In this document: piece after piece, positions 20,701 to 33,100 of the stretch
Position numbering within the stretch: position 1 is the first letter of the stretch
Layout of the letters: each line of letters starts with the position of its first letter
Virus record (IMG/VR): IMGVR_UViG_3300023176_005537
Span: 64,001 to 128,000 of that record
Source: a virus
Reading direction: 5' to 3' (one strand)
DNA: 64,000 nt
Notes under the pieces: model-generated
Database searches by the model: none
What the model was told of the DNA's origin: nothing
Seen by the model: the letters and a program-made list of their open reading frames with translations, nothing else
Position numbers and translations under genes: made by a program

Positions 20701-23351
20701 GTCAAGCTTTTATCGATCAAGAAAAAGCTAGAAAACAATTAGGGGAAGCTATCACACAAAACAATTATCTGTACAAGATAGCGGAAAAAGAAGGGTACTT
20801 CGACAACCCGTTTGAAGAATTTAAAATCTCTGATAAATCAAAAGTTTTTAGATATCGAAATCCAGATCCGAGAGCAGTAGGTACTATCGCCATTATATCG
20901 CCTAGATATAACGGAACAATAGCAGACGCAAATTATAGCTTTCGGAAAAAATATCCCTCTCTCCGCGGAGAGACGCCTAATAGGCCGGCAATAATAAGAT
21001 TATTTGAGCTAATCAATCAAAGCTTTGAAAATGCTAAAAGCTCTTTATCTAATTTGAATTTAAAAGAAAGAGAACGGCAAAATCTTTTTCAGCAAGAGGA
21101 TTTTTTAAATGCTTTGGCTGAAAGGTTTAAGCAACTTGATGTTTCCAAGATTTCAATATCTGGAACAAACAATGGTGAAAAGCTAATTGTGAATGATGCG
21201 TATGACATCACAAAAGTTCTTTTGCACCATCACAATAAAGTTGAAAAGCTAACGCAAGAAACTAATTTCTGCATTGCTATAAGAAATCTTATAGCAGTAG
21301 AAATTTCAAGAATTTCCAAGCGACTTAAAGAGATTATATACCCGGAAGAGATTAAAGATCGCTCTGTGTTTTCAATTGATGAGAGATTTTTAGAAGAAAA
21401 GTTGAATTTCATTAAATTAGATTACAACAATCGGGAAAGCTACGAACTAATGCTTAAGCGGGGCTTGACAGAGTTTTTAAAAGAAGCGGTTTCTTATCAG
21501 TTTCCTTATTTTGAGAATTTAGATACTGCTGAAAAGTATGTTAAAGAGGAATTGAAAAGAAACATCGACAGTCAATTAGGAAGAAACTATTTTCTTGTCA
21601 CAACGATCAGTTATAGTCAAAAGACAGCAGGAAAGTTTAAAGTTTCTGTCCGGAAGGCTTTCCCGTTTGAAGAAACAACTTTTAACCAATCTGGCTTTAA
21701 AGATGTGGACGGGTTCAGATTTGTGGTACCGCTAGATATTAATAAAGACTCAGACAATCAACCATACAATGCACACGATTTAGAAGAAAATCTTTTAATT
21801 GAAGATGTTTTTGGAAAGAATTCTTATTTTAAACTTAAAAGAAAAACCTTTGATAAAGGTTCGAACAAAAAGTTCGAAGATGTGTTTTACACATTCTCTG
21901 AATATCCAAACAGCAGTGTTGGTGGTTTTTTTGAAAAGTGGAAAAACCTAGAAGGCACTGATGTTTCTTTCTTTGGCTCTTTCTTTAGGTCGCGGTCGTA
22001 CAAACAATCTTTTGAATTAGGGGAAAGCAACAATCCAACAACAAATTACGAATACCAGCCGCCTATTGTTTTAAAGGCAAATTATCCCAAAGATAAGAAA
22101 GAATCTGAGGAGCAATTGGAGCAATTCCTTGCCAAAAAAGCGGATAAATCTTTGGAATATGTTGCGAAATTAAATAATATTTCTAATTCTAGAAGTTTCA
22201 TAATTGAAAAGAAGCCGATTTATCAAAAAGAATATGATTCTGACATTCTCCAAAATGGAACTTTGAGAAGGAATTATGAAAAAAAGTATGGAAAAGTTCG
22301 AAACAATTTGAATATTGAAGATTACTTTCACTACTGTGTTAAAGAAGAATTTTTGAAAGACATAAAGAAAGACATATTCACGAATCAATATGGTTATGTG
22401 TTTGAAGAAGCGTTACCAATTAGGAAATACCTTTCACACATTGCTGTGAATTTAAACCTACACACAGATCATATCAACAATGTTATAAAAGATTTAAACT
22501 CCGATGTGTTTAGTCTGAACTATGTTGATCCCTTGCAAAGAGCAAATAACATTATTGATTTAAAAGTGGGCCAAATTAACTACCTAACAGACCGCGATAT
22601 ACAATATATCAAGTCAGTCAATTGGGATCAAGTCGGAGTAGAAGTGGGTAAACAATTGTTTGACTTTGCTCTTTTTACTTTGAAAAGTAAAATTAAATCA
22701 TTTATGAATGATGTTGAAATGAAAGAGCAACATGTCGCTTTTGGAGCAAAGACCGCTCGCGATCTTGGGTTGGTAGTGAGAAAATATTTTCAAGCAGCCA
22801 ATCAAATAGAATCGGGTGTTAGGAAAGTTGGTTCTCTTTTCGGAGCAGATATACCAGATAGAGTACCAACTCAACAACAATTAATCTCTAAAAATAAAGC
22901 ATTTAAATACCTGTTCAACCCGCCGGTAGCTCCTTTTGCGATTACAAACGCAGCTTTGGGACCACCTCCTTTGAATGTGGTTGATTTTGTTCTATATATT
23001 ATATTTGAATCGATTTTGATTGGCCTAGATCTAACACAGGAGCAGGTAGAGAAACTTAAAAACCAATTGTTCGACATCCCAGAAGGGCAGATTTCATTTT
23101 TGAAAGCGCCAGAAGAAAATTTCCAAAAAGCGTGTAAAGATCTTTTAGGAAAGTATTTATTAAAGAACCCAAGAGTGTCAGACGGGGTCACCAAAGGCGG
23201 TGAATATATAACACCTGATGGTAAAAACTATAGGGGTGAATACCACATACACAAAGATGGCACTGTGATGGTTGGAAAAGATCACAAAGAAGTCGAAGAA
23301 AACATTGTTCTGACAAAAGTTGTGAAAAGGGACGATATAGAAGATGCCTAA
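17724..23351 (+). CDS. Large hypothetical virion-associated protein (1875 aa)
   Basis: Uninterrupted ORF translationally coupled to its neighbours in the baseplate block; mostly helical. Confidence 0.6.
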   Translation: MANYSFQEFDRLAIDNIEKISSFVYYLTDSSKEADWRKIYNTIGDPANNKEYVRSLFEKEADLSKYISLLKSLSSFSYNLTGPDRSIFREYIKYLDNFLSKKVQERQKREKERKIKDAYNELDEIDAQTRGEKKAIKELKKIQKKQNNKILKTAEIARQEKDEINNYINTYIDQFYKASLRFKNNNQKVGNFFTSNYKNLKSDFTREVMSSSGYKQVNAFYGDYVRKFNIDNLAGDAIRCLTKNIAFSEIKEVFEQKQKEINDFIKNTDQLITESLNIADKALGITEEGFDFASKYIVNYSNSKKTLRMAPIRTINDVRVNRKRNQFLNAIVPIIVTAATKTIDVIVNNVCDEDEVGTFSFDDIPELKEELRRQFGLDSDTLDDFIGLLADLSSFLTKIEICSLFEGAAEEQVVESVIFYIEAFYPNIALYLNTEEKVKNLFVYLGNILPEREELCADVAVASLGDDPCLDPDSYAGKLRPCVFQRDKNKLKSLRKDYIKNKKEGLARAIEIAYFPKEMRANQQEIQKLLEREEQRRKERNLLSIVDGYETYYRDGIDSYKKYYNFNFNYNEDAEPFLNSIFRQLTGSDDAAQEDINRIKNSLIKSYEKGISKISKQINPQLEKNILLSEGEIGIGLSSDGQYEYAVLKKYGNFAESSRALLYYVDVFKAVDKGADPKRYFYNPDLKVPYYGKEYAYSYTPFEKKRRNRSRFTEISSLIAINDKNKPYSPIPFGFKNEVMLEQKKDDIKEGNSFTNYLYNSLGIDYGKVGRDDPNSLRDEKYKRELHTTYNQLAKICYNSVYSRKVPVAASNNSFDSSKISSYDVIPPYYPADDGSFCGRLFSSPSGSLKYKELVNFKEEARIVAGVDIFDYYKPAANEIIDEELERERYLDLLLKFKLQVASFVLKSIHVFSQFNFEEVDVDDMMKDFIYIQMFRNLIFKDALGSQKSFDYLRLTQPEKQEFLKKIRYFDFAPEFVDKIEKEIDDIKQKISGQAFIDQEKARKQLGEAITQNNYLYKIAEKEGYFDNPFEEFKISDKSKVFRYRNPDPRAVGTIAIISPRYNGTIADANYSFRKKYPSLRGETPNRPAIIRLFELINQSFENAKSSLSNLNLKERERQNLFQQEDFLNALAERFKQLDVSKISISGTNNGEKLIVNDAYDITKVLLHHHNKVEKLTQETNFCIAIRNLIAVEISRISKRLKEIIYPEEIKDRSVFSIDERFLEEKLNFIKLDYNNRESYELMLKRGLTEFLKEAVSYQFPYFENLDTAEKYVKEELKRNIDSQLGRNYFLVTTISYSQKTAGKFKVSVRKAFPFEETTFNQSGFKDVDGFRFVVPLDINKDSDNQPYNAHDLEENLLIEDVFGKNSYFKLKRKTFDKGSNKKFEDVFYTFSEYPNSSVGGFFEKWKNLEGTDVSFFGSFFRSRSYKQSFELGESNNPTTNYEYQPPIVLKANYPKDKKESEEQLEQFLAKKADKSLEYVAKLNNISNSRSFIIEKKPIYQKEYDSDILQNGTLRRNYEKKYGKVRNNLNIEDYFHYCVKEEFLKDIKKDIFTNQYGYVFEEALPIRKYLSHIAVNLNLHTDHINNVIKDLNSDVFSLNYVDPLQRANNIIDLKVGQINYLTDRDIQYIKSVNWDQVGVEVGKQLFDFALFTLKSKIKSFMNDVEMKEQHVAFGAKTARDLGLVVRKYFQAANQIESGVRKVGSLFGADIPDRVPTQQQLISKNKAFKYLFNPPVAPFAITNAALGPPPLNVVDFVLYIIFESILIGLDLTQEQVEKLKNQLFDIPEGQISFLKAPEENFQKACKDLLGKYLLKNPRVSDGVTKGGEYITPDGKNYRGEYHIHKDGTVMVGKDHKEVEENIVLTKVVKRDDIEDA

Positions 23352-23727
23352 ATACACTCCAAAACTACCTCTACTGCCTGATAAAACACAGCCGGGGTTT
23401 GAACACATTGAAGAAATCAGAGATTTAGCAAGGCAAAATCTAAAAATGGTTTTGCTAACAAATCCCGGAGAAAGAGTTATGATTCCAGAGTTTGGGGTTG
23501 GCTTATCTGGTATGTTGTTTGAGAACTTTTCTGACAAAGATATGCTCTTAGATTTTGAAGGAAGGATAATAGAACAAGTTAATAGCTATCTTCCTTATGT
23601 TGATTTGGAAGAAGTTAGTTTTGACTTGGTTGAAACAGATAGAAATAAGATTTTTGTTCAAGTTACATATTCCATTCCAGAGATTGATCTGGTGGATTCT
23701 GTCTCTATTGGATTAGCAGAAGAATAA
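23344..23727 (+). CDS. Baseplate wedge subunit, gp25/GPW family
   Basis: QNLKMVLLTNPGERVMIPEFG motif; 127 aa. Confidence 0.9.
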   Translation: MPKYTPKLPLLPDKTQPGFEHIEEIRDLARQNLKMVLLTNPGERVMIPEFGVGLSGMLFENFSDKDMLLDFEGRIIEQVNSYLPYVDLEEVSFDLVETDRNKIFVQVTYSIPEIDLVDSVSIGLAEE

Positions 23728-23738
23728 GGAAACAAAAA

Positions 23739-25553
23739 ATGGCTTTTAAAAATAAAAGACCACCAATTGACTACACAGCAAGAGATTTTCAATCAATTAG
23801 AGAAGCTTTAGTTGACCACGCAAGAAGATATTATCCAGATACTTTTCAGGATTTCGACACTTCTGGTTTCGGCTCTTTGATGATTGATACAGTTTCTTAT
23901 ATTGGTGACACTCTTTCTTTCTTTTTGGATTACCAAGCGAATGAAACGTTCTTGGAAACAGCTTTGGAAGAAGAAAGCATTCTTAAAATTGGAAAGCAAA
24001 TGGGTTATCGCTATTCTGCTTCTGGGGTCTCCACTGGGTTGGTTGAAATTTATGTTGAAATTCCAGCAAATACAGATGGAACTCCAAATACAAACTATCT
24101 TCCGATTGTCAAGAAAGGCTCCACCTTTGCGTCTGTCGATGGCGGTGTTTTTACTCTAACTGATGATGTTAACTTCAATGATACAAACGCAGATATTCTT
24201 CTTTCCAAGGTTGATGAGACAACTGGTGTTCCAACTTTTTATGTTCTAAGAAAAGCCGGCGAAGTCGTCTCGGGGACGGAACAGTCTGAGGCGGCTCTGA
24301 TTGAAGGCTTTGAGGCGTTCAATAAAATTGAAGTTGGGGAAAATGTTGAAGGTGAAATAATTGAAATCATCTCAGTTTTTGACACCGAGGGGAATGAGTA
24401 TTTTGAGGTTGATTCTCTTTCACAAGATATTATTTACAAAGCATTTTCAAATAAAGATACATCTACAAACAGCATGGTTCCAAACATTTTAAAGCCATTG
24501 GTTGTACCCAGAAGATTTACGGTTGAAAGAACATCCACTGGTCAGGTATTTTTACAATTTGGAGGCGGAAGTGAATCGGATACGTTGAATGATCAGATTT
24601 CTGATCCTTCTTCTGTTGCTCTTCAACAAAGAGGAAAGAATTACATTTCTTCAACTTATTTTGATCCAAATGTTTTGTCTTATCATGATAAGTTGGGAAT
24701 TGGACCATCAAACACCACACTGGATATTACTTACCTTGTGAACAACGAAGTTCTTTCAAACGCCTCTGTTGGAGCAGTAAATCAAGTTTTGTCTACCACT
24801 TTGGAGTTTAATGACGAAGAAACGTTGGACGAAACAAAAGTTTCAGATGTTCGCGGCGGGGTCGAGGTGGACAACGAAAAAGCAATCTCAGGTGACGTTT
24901 CAGCGCCTACAGCAGATGAATTAAGGCAGCGAGTTATTGGCTCCTTTTCAACTCAGAACAGAGCGGTAACAAGAGAAGATTATATCTATCTTTCTTATTT
25001 AATGCCGGCTTCTTTGGGTGCTGTGAAAAGAGCAAATGCAGTGAGAGACTCAGACTCTCAAAAAAGAAATTTAAACTTATACATCTTATCAGAAGATACA
25101 GAAGGCAATTTTTCAACAGCCTCTTCTGTTTTGAAAAACAATCTTCGCACTTGGTTGTCCAGATACAAAATGATCAATGACACTGTTGATGTTTTTGATG
25201 CGAAGATTATAAACTTGGGTATTAATTTTTCTGTATTGGCAGAGGAAGACACAAACAAATTTGATGTTTTACAGCTTTGCATCGACAAATTAACAGAAGA
25301 TTTAACCGAAAGAAAGTTCGATATTGGAGAAAATTTCAATATTATTGAAGTATACAAGAGCTTAAAAGAGTTGGAAGAAGTGGTAGACGTTTTAGATGTT
25401 GAAATTGTCTCAAAGTTTGGCTCTCCTTACACTGACTTATTCTTAAGCATTGATGAGGCTCTCACTTCTGACGGTAGGGTGGTGGTTTGTCCTGATAATG
25501 CTGTTTTTGAAATTAAATTCCCTGAATCTGATATTAAAGGAACTGTGAAGTAA
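23739..25553 (+). CDS. Baseplate wedge subunit, T4 gp6 / baseplate-J-like
   Basis: DYTARDFQSIR..L, ANETFLETA, QNRAVTREDY motifs. Confidence 0.88.
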   Translation: MAFKNKRPPIDYTARDFQSIREALVDHARRYYPDTFQDFDTSGFGSLMIDTVSYIGDTLSFFLDYQANETFLETALEEESILKIGKQMGYRYSASGVSTGLVEIYVEIPANTDGTPNTNYLPIVKKGSTFASVDGGVFTLTDDVNFNDTNADILLSKVDETTGVPTFYVLRKAGEVVSGTEQSEAALIEGFEAFNKIEVGENVEGEIIEIISVFDTEGNEYFEVDSLSQDIIYKAFSNKDTSTNSMVPNILKPLVVPRRFTVERTSTGQVFLQFGGGSESDTLNDQISDPSSVALQQRGKNYISSTYFDPNVLSYHDKLGIGPSNTTLDITYLVNNEVLSNASVGAVNQVLSTTLEFNDEETLDETKVSDVRGGVEVDNEKAISGDVSAPTADELRQRVIGSFSTQNRAVTREDYIYLSYLMPASLGAVKRANAVRDSDSQKRNLNLYILSEDTEGNFSTASSVLKNNLRTWLSRYKMINDTVDVFDAKIINLGINFSVLAEEDTNKFDVLQLCIDKLTEDLTERKFDIGENFNIIEVYKSLKELEEVVDVLDVEIVSKFGSPYTDLFLSIDEALTSDGRVVVCPDNAVFEIKFPESDIKGTVK

Positions 25554-27118
25554 TGGCCATTAAAAGATATTTAGCAGATGCCGACAATACAATTACAAAT
25601 GCTTTTGATTCAAGCTTGATTTTAGCTAATAGGGGCACTGTCTCTAACATGGGTAGAGCCGACATTCTTGAAGTTTTTTCAATTTATGATCAAATTTCAG
25701 GCTCAGATTTTGGAGAAAGTCAAGAATTATCAAGAGTTTTGGTTAACTTCCCTATCACAACTGTTTCGGCAGACAGAACAGCAGGAAAAATTCCAGCAGC
25801 CGGCTCTGTTTCTTTTTATCTTCGTATGTTTAACGCAGAGCACTCTGAAACTCTTCCAAGAGACTATAAAATGACCATTCAAGCGGTTTCTAGATCTTGG
25901 GAAGAGGGTGAAGGTTTGGATATGGATAACTATACAGACCAAACTTACAACAAATTGGAAGGTTCAAACTGGATTTCTGCTTCTCTGGGAACTGCTTGGA
26001 CTTCTGTTGGTGGCGATTATCACGCTTCGCCTTCTTACACTGCTTCTTTTGGCAGAAAAGGAACAGAAAACATTGAAGTTGACATTACAAGTTTAGTAGA
26101 ACAGTGGCTAGATGGGACAAAAACAAACTATGGAGTTGGGGTAAGATTAAGTTCTTCTTATGAAGCTTACTATTCCTCCTCAACTGGGCAGAACTCAAGT
26201 TCTTTTATACATAATACGGATGGCGCTCAAAGATCTTACTACACAAAAAAGTTTTTTGCAAGAGAGTCCGAATTCTTTTATAGAAGGCCAATCCTTGAAG
26301 CAAGGTGGGACTCCAGAATTGAAGATGATCGCAATTATTTCTTTTATTCGTCTTCGCTAGCACCTGCTGCTGACAACCTTAATACGATCTACCTCTACAA
26401 CTACGTTAGAGGGCGCTTGGCAAATATTCCATCTGTTGGCCAAGGAGCCATTCTTGTCAGTCTTTATTCAGGCTCTTCCAATGACACTGCCCCGTCTGGT
26501 TCAAAATTATTGCTTCCAGCGGGCGGAGGAGTGGTTTCTACGAATGATCTCAATGTAACTGGGGGCTGGGTATCAACTGGGATTTATAGTGCCTCATTCG
26601 CCGTTACAGCAGCCTCTACGCCTGTCGCCACTTTGTATGATGTTTGGCACTCTGGCGGGGTGGAGTTCAAAACAGGGTCAATTTCACCTCAAACCTTTGA
26701 TGCGCTTGGCTACAACGACAATAGAAAATACGTTATCAATGTTACCAATCTTAAAAAGTCATATGATACATCAGAAACTGGAAAATTTAGACTTTTTGTT
26801 CGTGAAAAAAACTGGAACCCAAATATTTATACTAGAGCGGTTGCCGCCCAATCAACTTTACCGATTGTTAGTGCCTCTTACAAAGTGATAAGAGTAGCAG
26901 ACAACTATGAGGTTATTGGTCACGGCACCGGCTCCACTACAAATCACACTCTTATGTCCTATGATTCAGAAGGCAACTACTTTGACTTGGACATGTCAAT
27001 GTTAGAACCCGGATATATGTACGGTTTAAAATTTGCCTTTTACAATGATGCTGTTGGTGATTACCAAGAGCAAAAAGGCATCTTCAAATTTAGAGTAGAA
27101 GAAGACAATAATGAGTAA
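25553..27118 (+). CDS. Ser-rich virion structural protein (DNRLRE-like beta-sandwich)
   Basis: SRVLVNF, SWEEG, EVDIT.LVEQWL.G..NYG...L and RP.LEARW motifs. Confidence 0.6.
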   Translation: MAIKRYLADADNTITNAFDSSLILANRGTVSNMGRADILEVFSIYDQISGSDFGESQELSRVLVNFPITTVSADRTAGKIPAAGSVSFYLRMFNAEHSETLPRDYKMTIQAVSRSWEEGEGLDMDNYTDQTYNKLEGSNWISASLGTAWTSVGGDYHASPSYTASFGRKGTENIEVDITSLVEQWLDGTKTNYGVGVRLSSSYEAYYSSSTGQNSSSFIHNTDGAQRSYYTKKFFARESEFFYRRPILEARWDSRIEDDRNYFFYSSSLAPAADNLNTIYLYNYVRGRLANIPSVGQGAILVSLYSGSSNDTAPSGSKLLLPAGGGVVSTNDLNVTGGWVSTGIYSASFAVTAASTPVATLYDVWHSGGVEFKTGSISPQTFDALGYNDNRKYVINVTNLKKSYDTSETGKFRLFVREKNWNPNIYTRAVAAQSTLPIVSASYKVIRVADNYEVIGHGTGSTTNHTLMSYDSEGNYFDLDMSMLEPGYMYGLKFAFYNDAVGDYQEQKGIFKFRVEEDNNE

Positions 27119-30100
27119 AAAAGACCTTTTCAAAAAACAAAATCCAAATAAGTTCATTTCGTCTGCCAATTATGACAAATTGAAAGAAGAAGTGGAATCC
27201 AAAGACTTCATCAAAGAAAAGATTAAAACTCAAAAATCTTTCACACCAAGAACGGACTTTTCAAAGCCAGAAAACTTTGCTAGGTATGGGTTGGCAGAAG
27301 AATATTATCGAACTTCTGTTGAATATATCTACAATTCTTATCCTTATGATGGTTCTCTGTACGAAAGAGAAGATTGGTACAACAGGGGAACTTATTTAGA
27401 TCAATACATTTTTGAAAATCTCTATCCTAGAACAAACGGATACGTTGTCTTGGGTGATGGCTGGGGTACGCAAGACGCTACTGTAGGTGATTATTCTTTA
27501 TCAACACAGTCAGAATACATTGGATTTACCGGCGGGCCGCATTTGGGCTTTGACCCTGACGGTGATCGAGCAAAATCCAAAGCAAACTTGTTTAAAGCGT
27601 CAAAAAACAGAGAAAACAACCTTAAATTAGACCTTGAAGATGGCGTAACTGTTGAATTTTGGTTGAAAAAAGGTGCTTTTAACAACGCTTTGACCAAAAA
27701 AGAAGTGCTTTTTGATCTTTGGAACAACAATTTGTCGTCCTCTGCGGACTATGGAAGGCTCACAATCGAGCTTTCAGCCTCCGCAGTACCGTCTGATCCC
27801 GTCTTTTTGGTCACTTGCCAGTCCGGAACAGTCGGATATTTCCAAGAAGAGATTGGAAATTTAACAACAGCGGCCATTGCAGACGACAATTGGCACCATT
27901 ACGCTGTTTCTTTTGCTTCTGCATCCAGCGGTGTCAGTACAAAGTTTTATAGAGATGGCCAGTACGTCGAAGAGAAGGTTTTAGGAACAGCATTTAGCGA
28001 TGCAACAGCCGCAAAGATGTCTGCTAACATTGGTGCTCTTGTCAATGCGCCTTCTGGTAATGTTTATCACGGCGAAGAGATGCTTGGCTACGGTAAAGTT
28101 CTTTCTTCTTCGTTTGACGAGTTCCGATATTGGAAAACAGAAAGAAATGCAAAGCAAATTTTCCAAAACTACAACAATCAAGTTGGTGGCGGGACAAACA
28201 CTGATGACGCAAACACGCTCCTAGGGGTCTATTTTAAGTTTAACGAGGGTGTGACAGGTACAGACACGGATAAGACCGTTTTGGACTATTCTGGGCGTGT
28301 TTCCAACGGTTCTTGGACAGGATATGAAGCAGGCGATCGCAACGTTGGCTCTGCAATCGTTTCAGCAAGCGCATCTTCGTACGAATACAAAGATCCAATC
28401 ATCTATTCTTTCCACCCTGATGTTTCGACTTTGAAGTCAAACTTGGAAAATAGCGGCTCGGTTCACGACAACCTAAACACATCAGCCCTTTTCTTCTCGC
28501 TTCCTTCTTGGATTATTGAAGAAGATGAGTCTTATGGTGGAGAGAACCTTCGTCATTTAACTCAAATAATGGGAAGCTATCTGGATACACTTTATCTTCA
28601 AATTGAAGAGTTGAAAGACATTAAGTCTGTTGAATATACTTCCGGCTCTGTCAAGCCTCTTCCGTTTGGGGACAGGCTTCTTTCTGACAAAGGTATGTTG
28701 GTTCCGGAACTGTTCGTTGATATGGATATTGTCGAACAGCTTTACAACAGAAACGAAAAAACAGATTATCAAACTGATCTAACAAAGATCAAAAACAAGA
28801 TCTACGAAAACCTTTACAATAACTTAACTCACATCTACAAGTCCAAAGGGACTTATGACTCTTTTAGAAATACCCTGAATAGTCTTGGCATCTCACAAAA
28901 GATTGTGGATATTAATCTCTACTCGAACAACGCACAGTACGAGATTTTAGACAATACAAAGTTGATTATGGACAACAAAAAGAAAATCAACTTTAAAGAT
29001 CCAGACAACAACTCGGCAACCATTCATCAGTTTAGTTCATCGGCAGAGCCAAGCAAATCATTTATTTCAGGCTCTGGGGTTGGTAAATATTACTACACCC
29101 CGATTACAATTGATTCTTGTTTGACGCTACCTTCTGATAAGATTGGAGCAAACTTTTATTATCAAGCGATAACAAATTCTTACTTGACTTGTTCTTTGTT
29201 TGGCTTTCACGATGTTGACGAAACACAGGCCGAGACAGATTTAACTTGGTTGGCAAGTGATCAAAATCAAGTTCAAGCACACGCTATTAGACCAACTTTG
29301 AAGACACCAGATGGTTATTTCTTGTTGACTGGTTCAGTTGGTGGTGCAAATATTGAATTAACCAGCAGCACTGTGAAAGATCTTTTCACAAATACAAACT
29401 GGAACGTGTCAGTTCGCTTTAAACATATCAATTACCCTCTGACACAAAGGGTGTCGGGCGCTTTTGATGTTGACGCAGATGCTTATCTCTTGGAGTTTTC
29501 CGGCTATAATGCTTCAACAAACTACATTGAAAATGAATTTAAAGTAACAGCATCAGTAAGCGAAGTACAAGGCCTTCTTTTTTCCGAAGCATCAAAAAGA
29601 CTTTATGTTGGAGCACACAGAGAGAACTTTACTGGCTCTGTTTATCAAAACGGATACTCTTTTGCGAAGATTTCAAATATCAATTTCTGGTATAACTACC
29701 TTTCTGATAATGACTTGAAATCTCATTTAAGAGATCTTCACAATTACGGGATAACGAACAGCGAAAGAGACGCTTATCTCTTGGATTCAAACTATCCAAC
29801 GAAAGTTAAGAACATTGATACTTTGATGTTGCGTTGGGATTTTGAGACCGTAACAGGTTCAGACTCCTCCGGAAACTTTACTGTAAATGATCTTGGAAAC
29901 TTCCAAGGAGATACAGAAAATCAGTATTACCACAGTGGAAAAGGCTTTGGTTTCGAAGCATCTTCTACAGATGTTGTTAAGAAAGAAAAGGTTGCAACCT
30001 ACAAGTTAGCACCTTATGATACAGTATCTTCCAATGAGATGATTTCCATCTTGTCGCAAGACGATGATGTGTTTTCTTTGGATAAAAGACCCATCAACTA

Positions 30101-33100
30101 TTACTTTGCAGCAGAAAAAAGCTTTTACAAAGCAGTTGATGATCGTATTTTGGAATACTTCTCGACCTTGAAAGACTTCAACAACTTGGTTGGTGAAACT
30201 GCAAACAGATATAGGCCAGAATATAAACAATTGAAGAAGTATAGGCAATATTTCTTCAACAAAGTCCAGAACGAATTGGACTTTGAAAGATTTTTAGATT
30301 ACTACAAGTGGGTTGATACCAGTATTGCAATGGTGATCGAGCAATTGATCCCTGCGACTGCCGAGTTTTCAAGCACAGTTTGGAATGTTATTGAAAGTCA
30401 CGTTTTGGAAAGAAACAAGTTCCAACATAAACTGCCTGTAATCAAGCCACAGACTGTTTATGAGACGACAATACAAGCTGCGCCAAACTCTTATCCTTTT
30501 TCAACAAAAGGCAACAAGGCGTTGAACTTGCAAAATGCTAATCCGCTGACTGCTAGTTCATTTTTGTCTGCATCTGTGGGGGCTCAATCAACGTTTTTCC
30601 TTTCGGGAACGGTGAAGAACATTGCGAGCATAAACACCAACAATGTAAACAGAAAACTTTATATCTCTGGCTCGGATCAATTGAATACAATTGGCGTTCC
30701 TAGAACCCTCCTGAAAGACCAAAAAGGAAGTGTCGCTTCTGATGGTTTCCATTCGGTAATGATCACAGAGATCAAAGGAAACGACGATTACTTCCTAGAT
30801 CCTTTTGCTTCCGTTGTTACAACAACGGACTCCATTCAAATCTCCGGAGTTGTTGATTATACTTTGCCAACAAGACTATCGCAGCCCCAGTTTATAAGAA
30901 CTAGATTTGCTGCTCCCGGCGGTTATGAAGTAACTTCCTTGGGTTATTTGGATTTTGAGACAAGTCAATACTCTGTCTATAACAATATGAACTATAGAAA
31001 CGCTATTGTTCGCAAAGCTTTGGATGAGATTTACAGTGCGCCAGATGATGATCCAACAATCTTGGCAAATCCCGAAGATGGTTCTTACTTTTTGGGTGTC
31101 TATCGCAACCCAAGAAAAGAATACGTCACATCAGCAGCCGGATTTGTAACGCAATCTTTCTTTGATAATGGATTTGTTCAATACCCCATCCCAGCGTCTG
31201 ATTTGCAGTATGATTGGATTGAAAAAAGCTACTCTTCTTCAAACTTGGAGTTTCTTTTGAACCAGACTGGTTCGGAAGAGATTACATTCAAGCCGGAAAC
31301 TTTCTTTTCTTGGGTTGCAAGTCCCGGTTCGGCAACAAACATTTATGGAGCAGAGGTTAATTCTAACACAAACACATCAACAGTGGTACTAGAAACGCCT
31401 TCTGCCAGTAACAACTATTTTAGTTCTATTGGAAAGTTTGGTTACAACACTTGGCTTCAGACTAGAAATGGTGATAGTTTAGTTGTACGGACACACAAAA
31501 AGAATAATACATTATCTGTTGATGATAGACTTCCGATTTTGCAGTTGGAAAACTCCAATGGTCAGAGAGTTGTTGAAAAAGGTTTGGTTGCCAATTCGTT
31601 CACAAATTATACCGAGCCCCTAGTGATCAAAAAGTACAAACCAATTCGTCACGTCTTTGTTTTGAACACAGAGGCAGAAGAATTTATTGAAGTTCAAAGT
31701 TCGTATGCCGGAAAGTTGGCTTCATTCTCTAACCGAGAATTGAATGCGAAGTTCAATTTAGACAATGTGAAAGTTGATACTGGATATGAAAAAGTAAAAC
31801 AACTTTATCTTAACAATGCAAAGATTGATGGAAACCCAATCAAAGGATGGACTTCTGTCGAATATTCAGAAAGAGTTTGGCCAAAAGAAAAGTTTGAAGG
31901 CGTGAGTTCTCACAGAGATAAGCCAAACTATGATTCAACCAGTGAGCAATTGCTAGACATTTTGGGAACTGCTAATACATTCTGGCAAAAAGAGGGTGAG
32001 CAAACCATAAGAAAACGTGGCGGTCGTTTGGATGCTGAAGTGCGAAAAGCACCAGTTTATACTAATGCTAAAAACTCAATGGGTCATAAATCAATTTATT
32101 CTGAAAATGTGTTTCCATTGTCAGATTATGCGGTTACACCGGAAGAAGATCGCTACTTCGATGGCGAAGAGTTCTATATAGCATCTGCAAACGCTGGAAC
32201 TTCAGGACTGGGCGGGTTACCGGCTACATTCACTGTTGGTGATAAAGTAACTTTTACCATTAATGAAACAGCATACGAATTAACAGCGTCAGCAACAGAT
32301 AATGATGGTTATAATAGTTGGTTTAGGCATACAGAGTATGGTCAAAGTTTACAATATTTGGCAAATACGATCAACCAACACCCGATCGTTTCGCAACACG
32401 TTCTTGCTGGGCATCTGATTATTAGCTCTTCTTCGCCGGCAGACTCTCATAAGTTGGGTCTTTATTTGACCACCCCCAATGGAGGCAACAATATCTCTGT
32501 CGAGGTTAGCTCCAGCGAGGAGGGTGCTTGGGTAGAGACGTCTGGCCCTAATGTTCGCACTGTCTATTCAAAAGAAGATGGAGAGTTAAACTCTTCTTTT
32601 TATGCTTTCTATACTCCTGTGAAGTATAAAGAAAATTATTTTTATCAAACAAAAGAATTTGGACACGCTGCTCCTTTGAACAACCGTGGCTTTAAAAACG
32701 AAGGTATTTTTGGCTCTGGGCGAGCAATGAAAAACGCACAATACCTTGTGGACTTTGGATTAGACGAGTTAGCAGTCGCGGGTATTACAATTACAGCGTC
32801 TGTTTCCTCTTCTTTGTTTGCCGATGGCATCTATAATCACTACTTGCCAACTGCATCTTTATCTTATGTTAATAAGGTTAAATCGCCGGTTGGAACGGGC
32901 TCGGTTTATCAGTTGAGGGAGATTACTCCCTACCACGGGCACACATACAGAGTGCCTGCTTTGAGTGAGAGAGAGCCTTTCTTTGCTTCTTTTGCAGAGT
33001 ATAATGAGAGTATTAAGTTTCTCACGGATGACTACGCTATTGTACCAGAATTCAACATTTCAGAGCATATGCCTTACTATGTTGATCAGAAAGGTGCAAA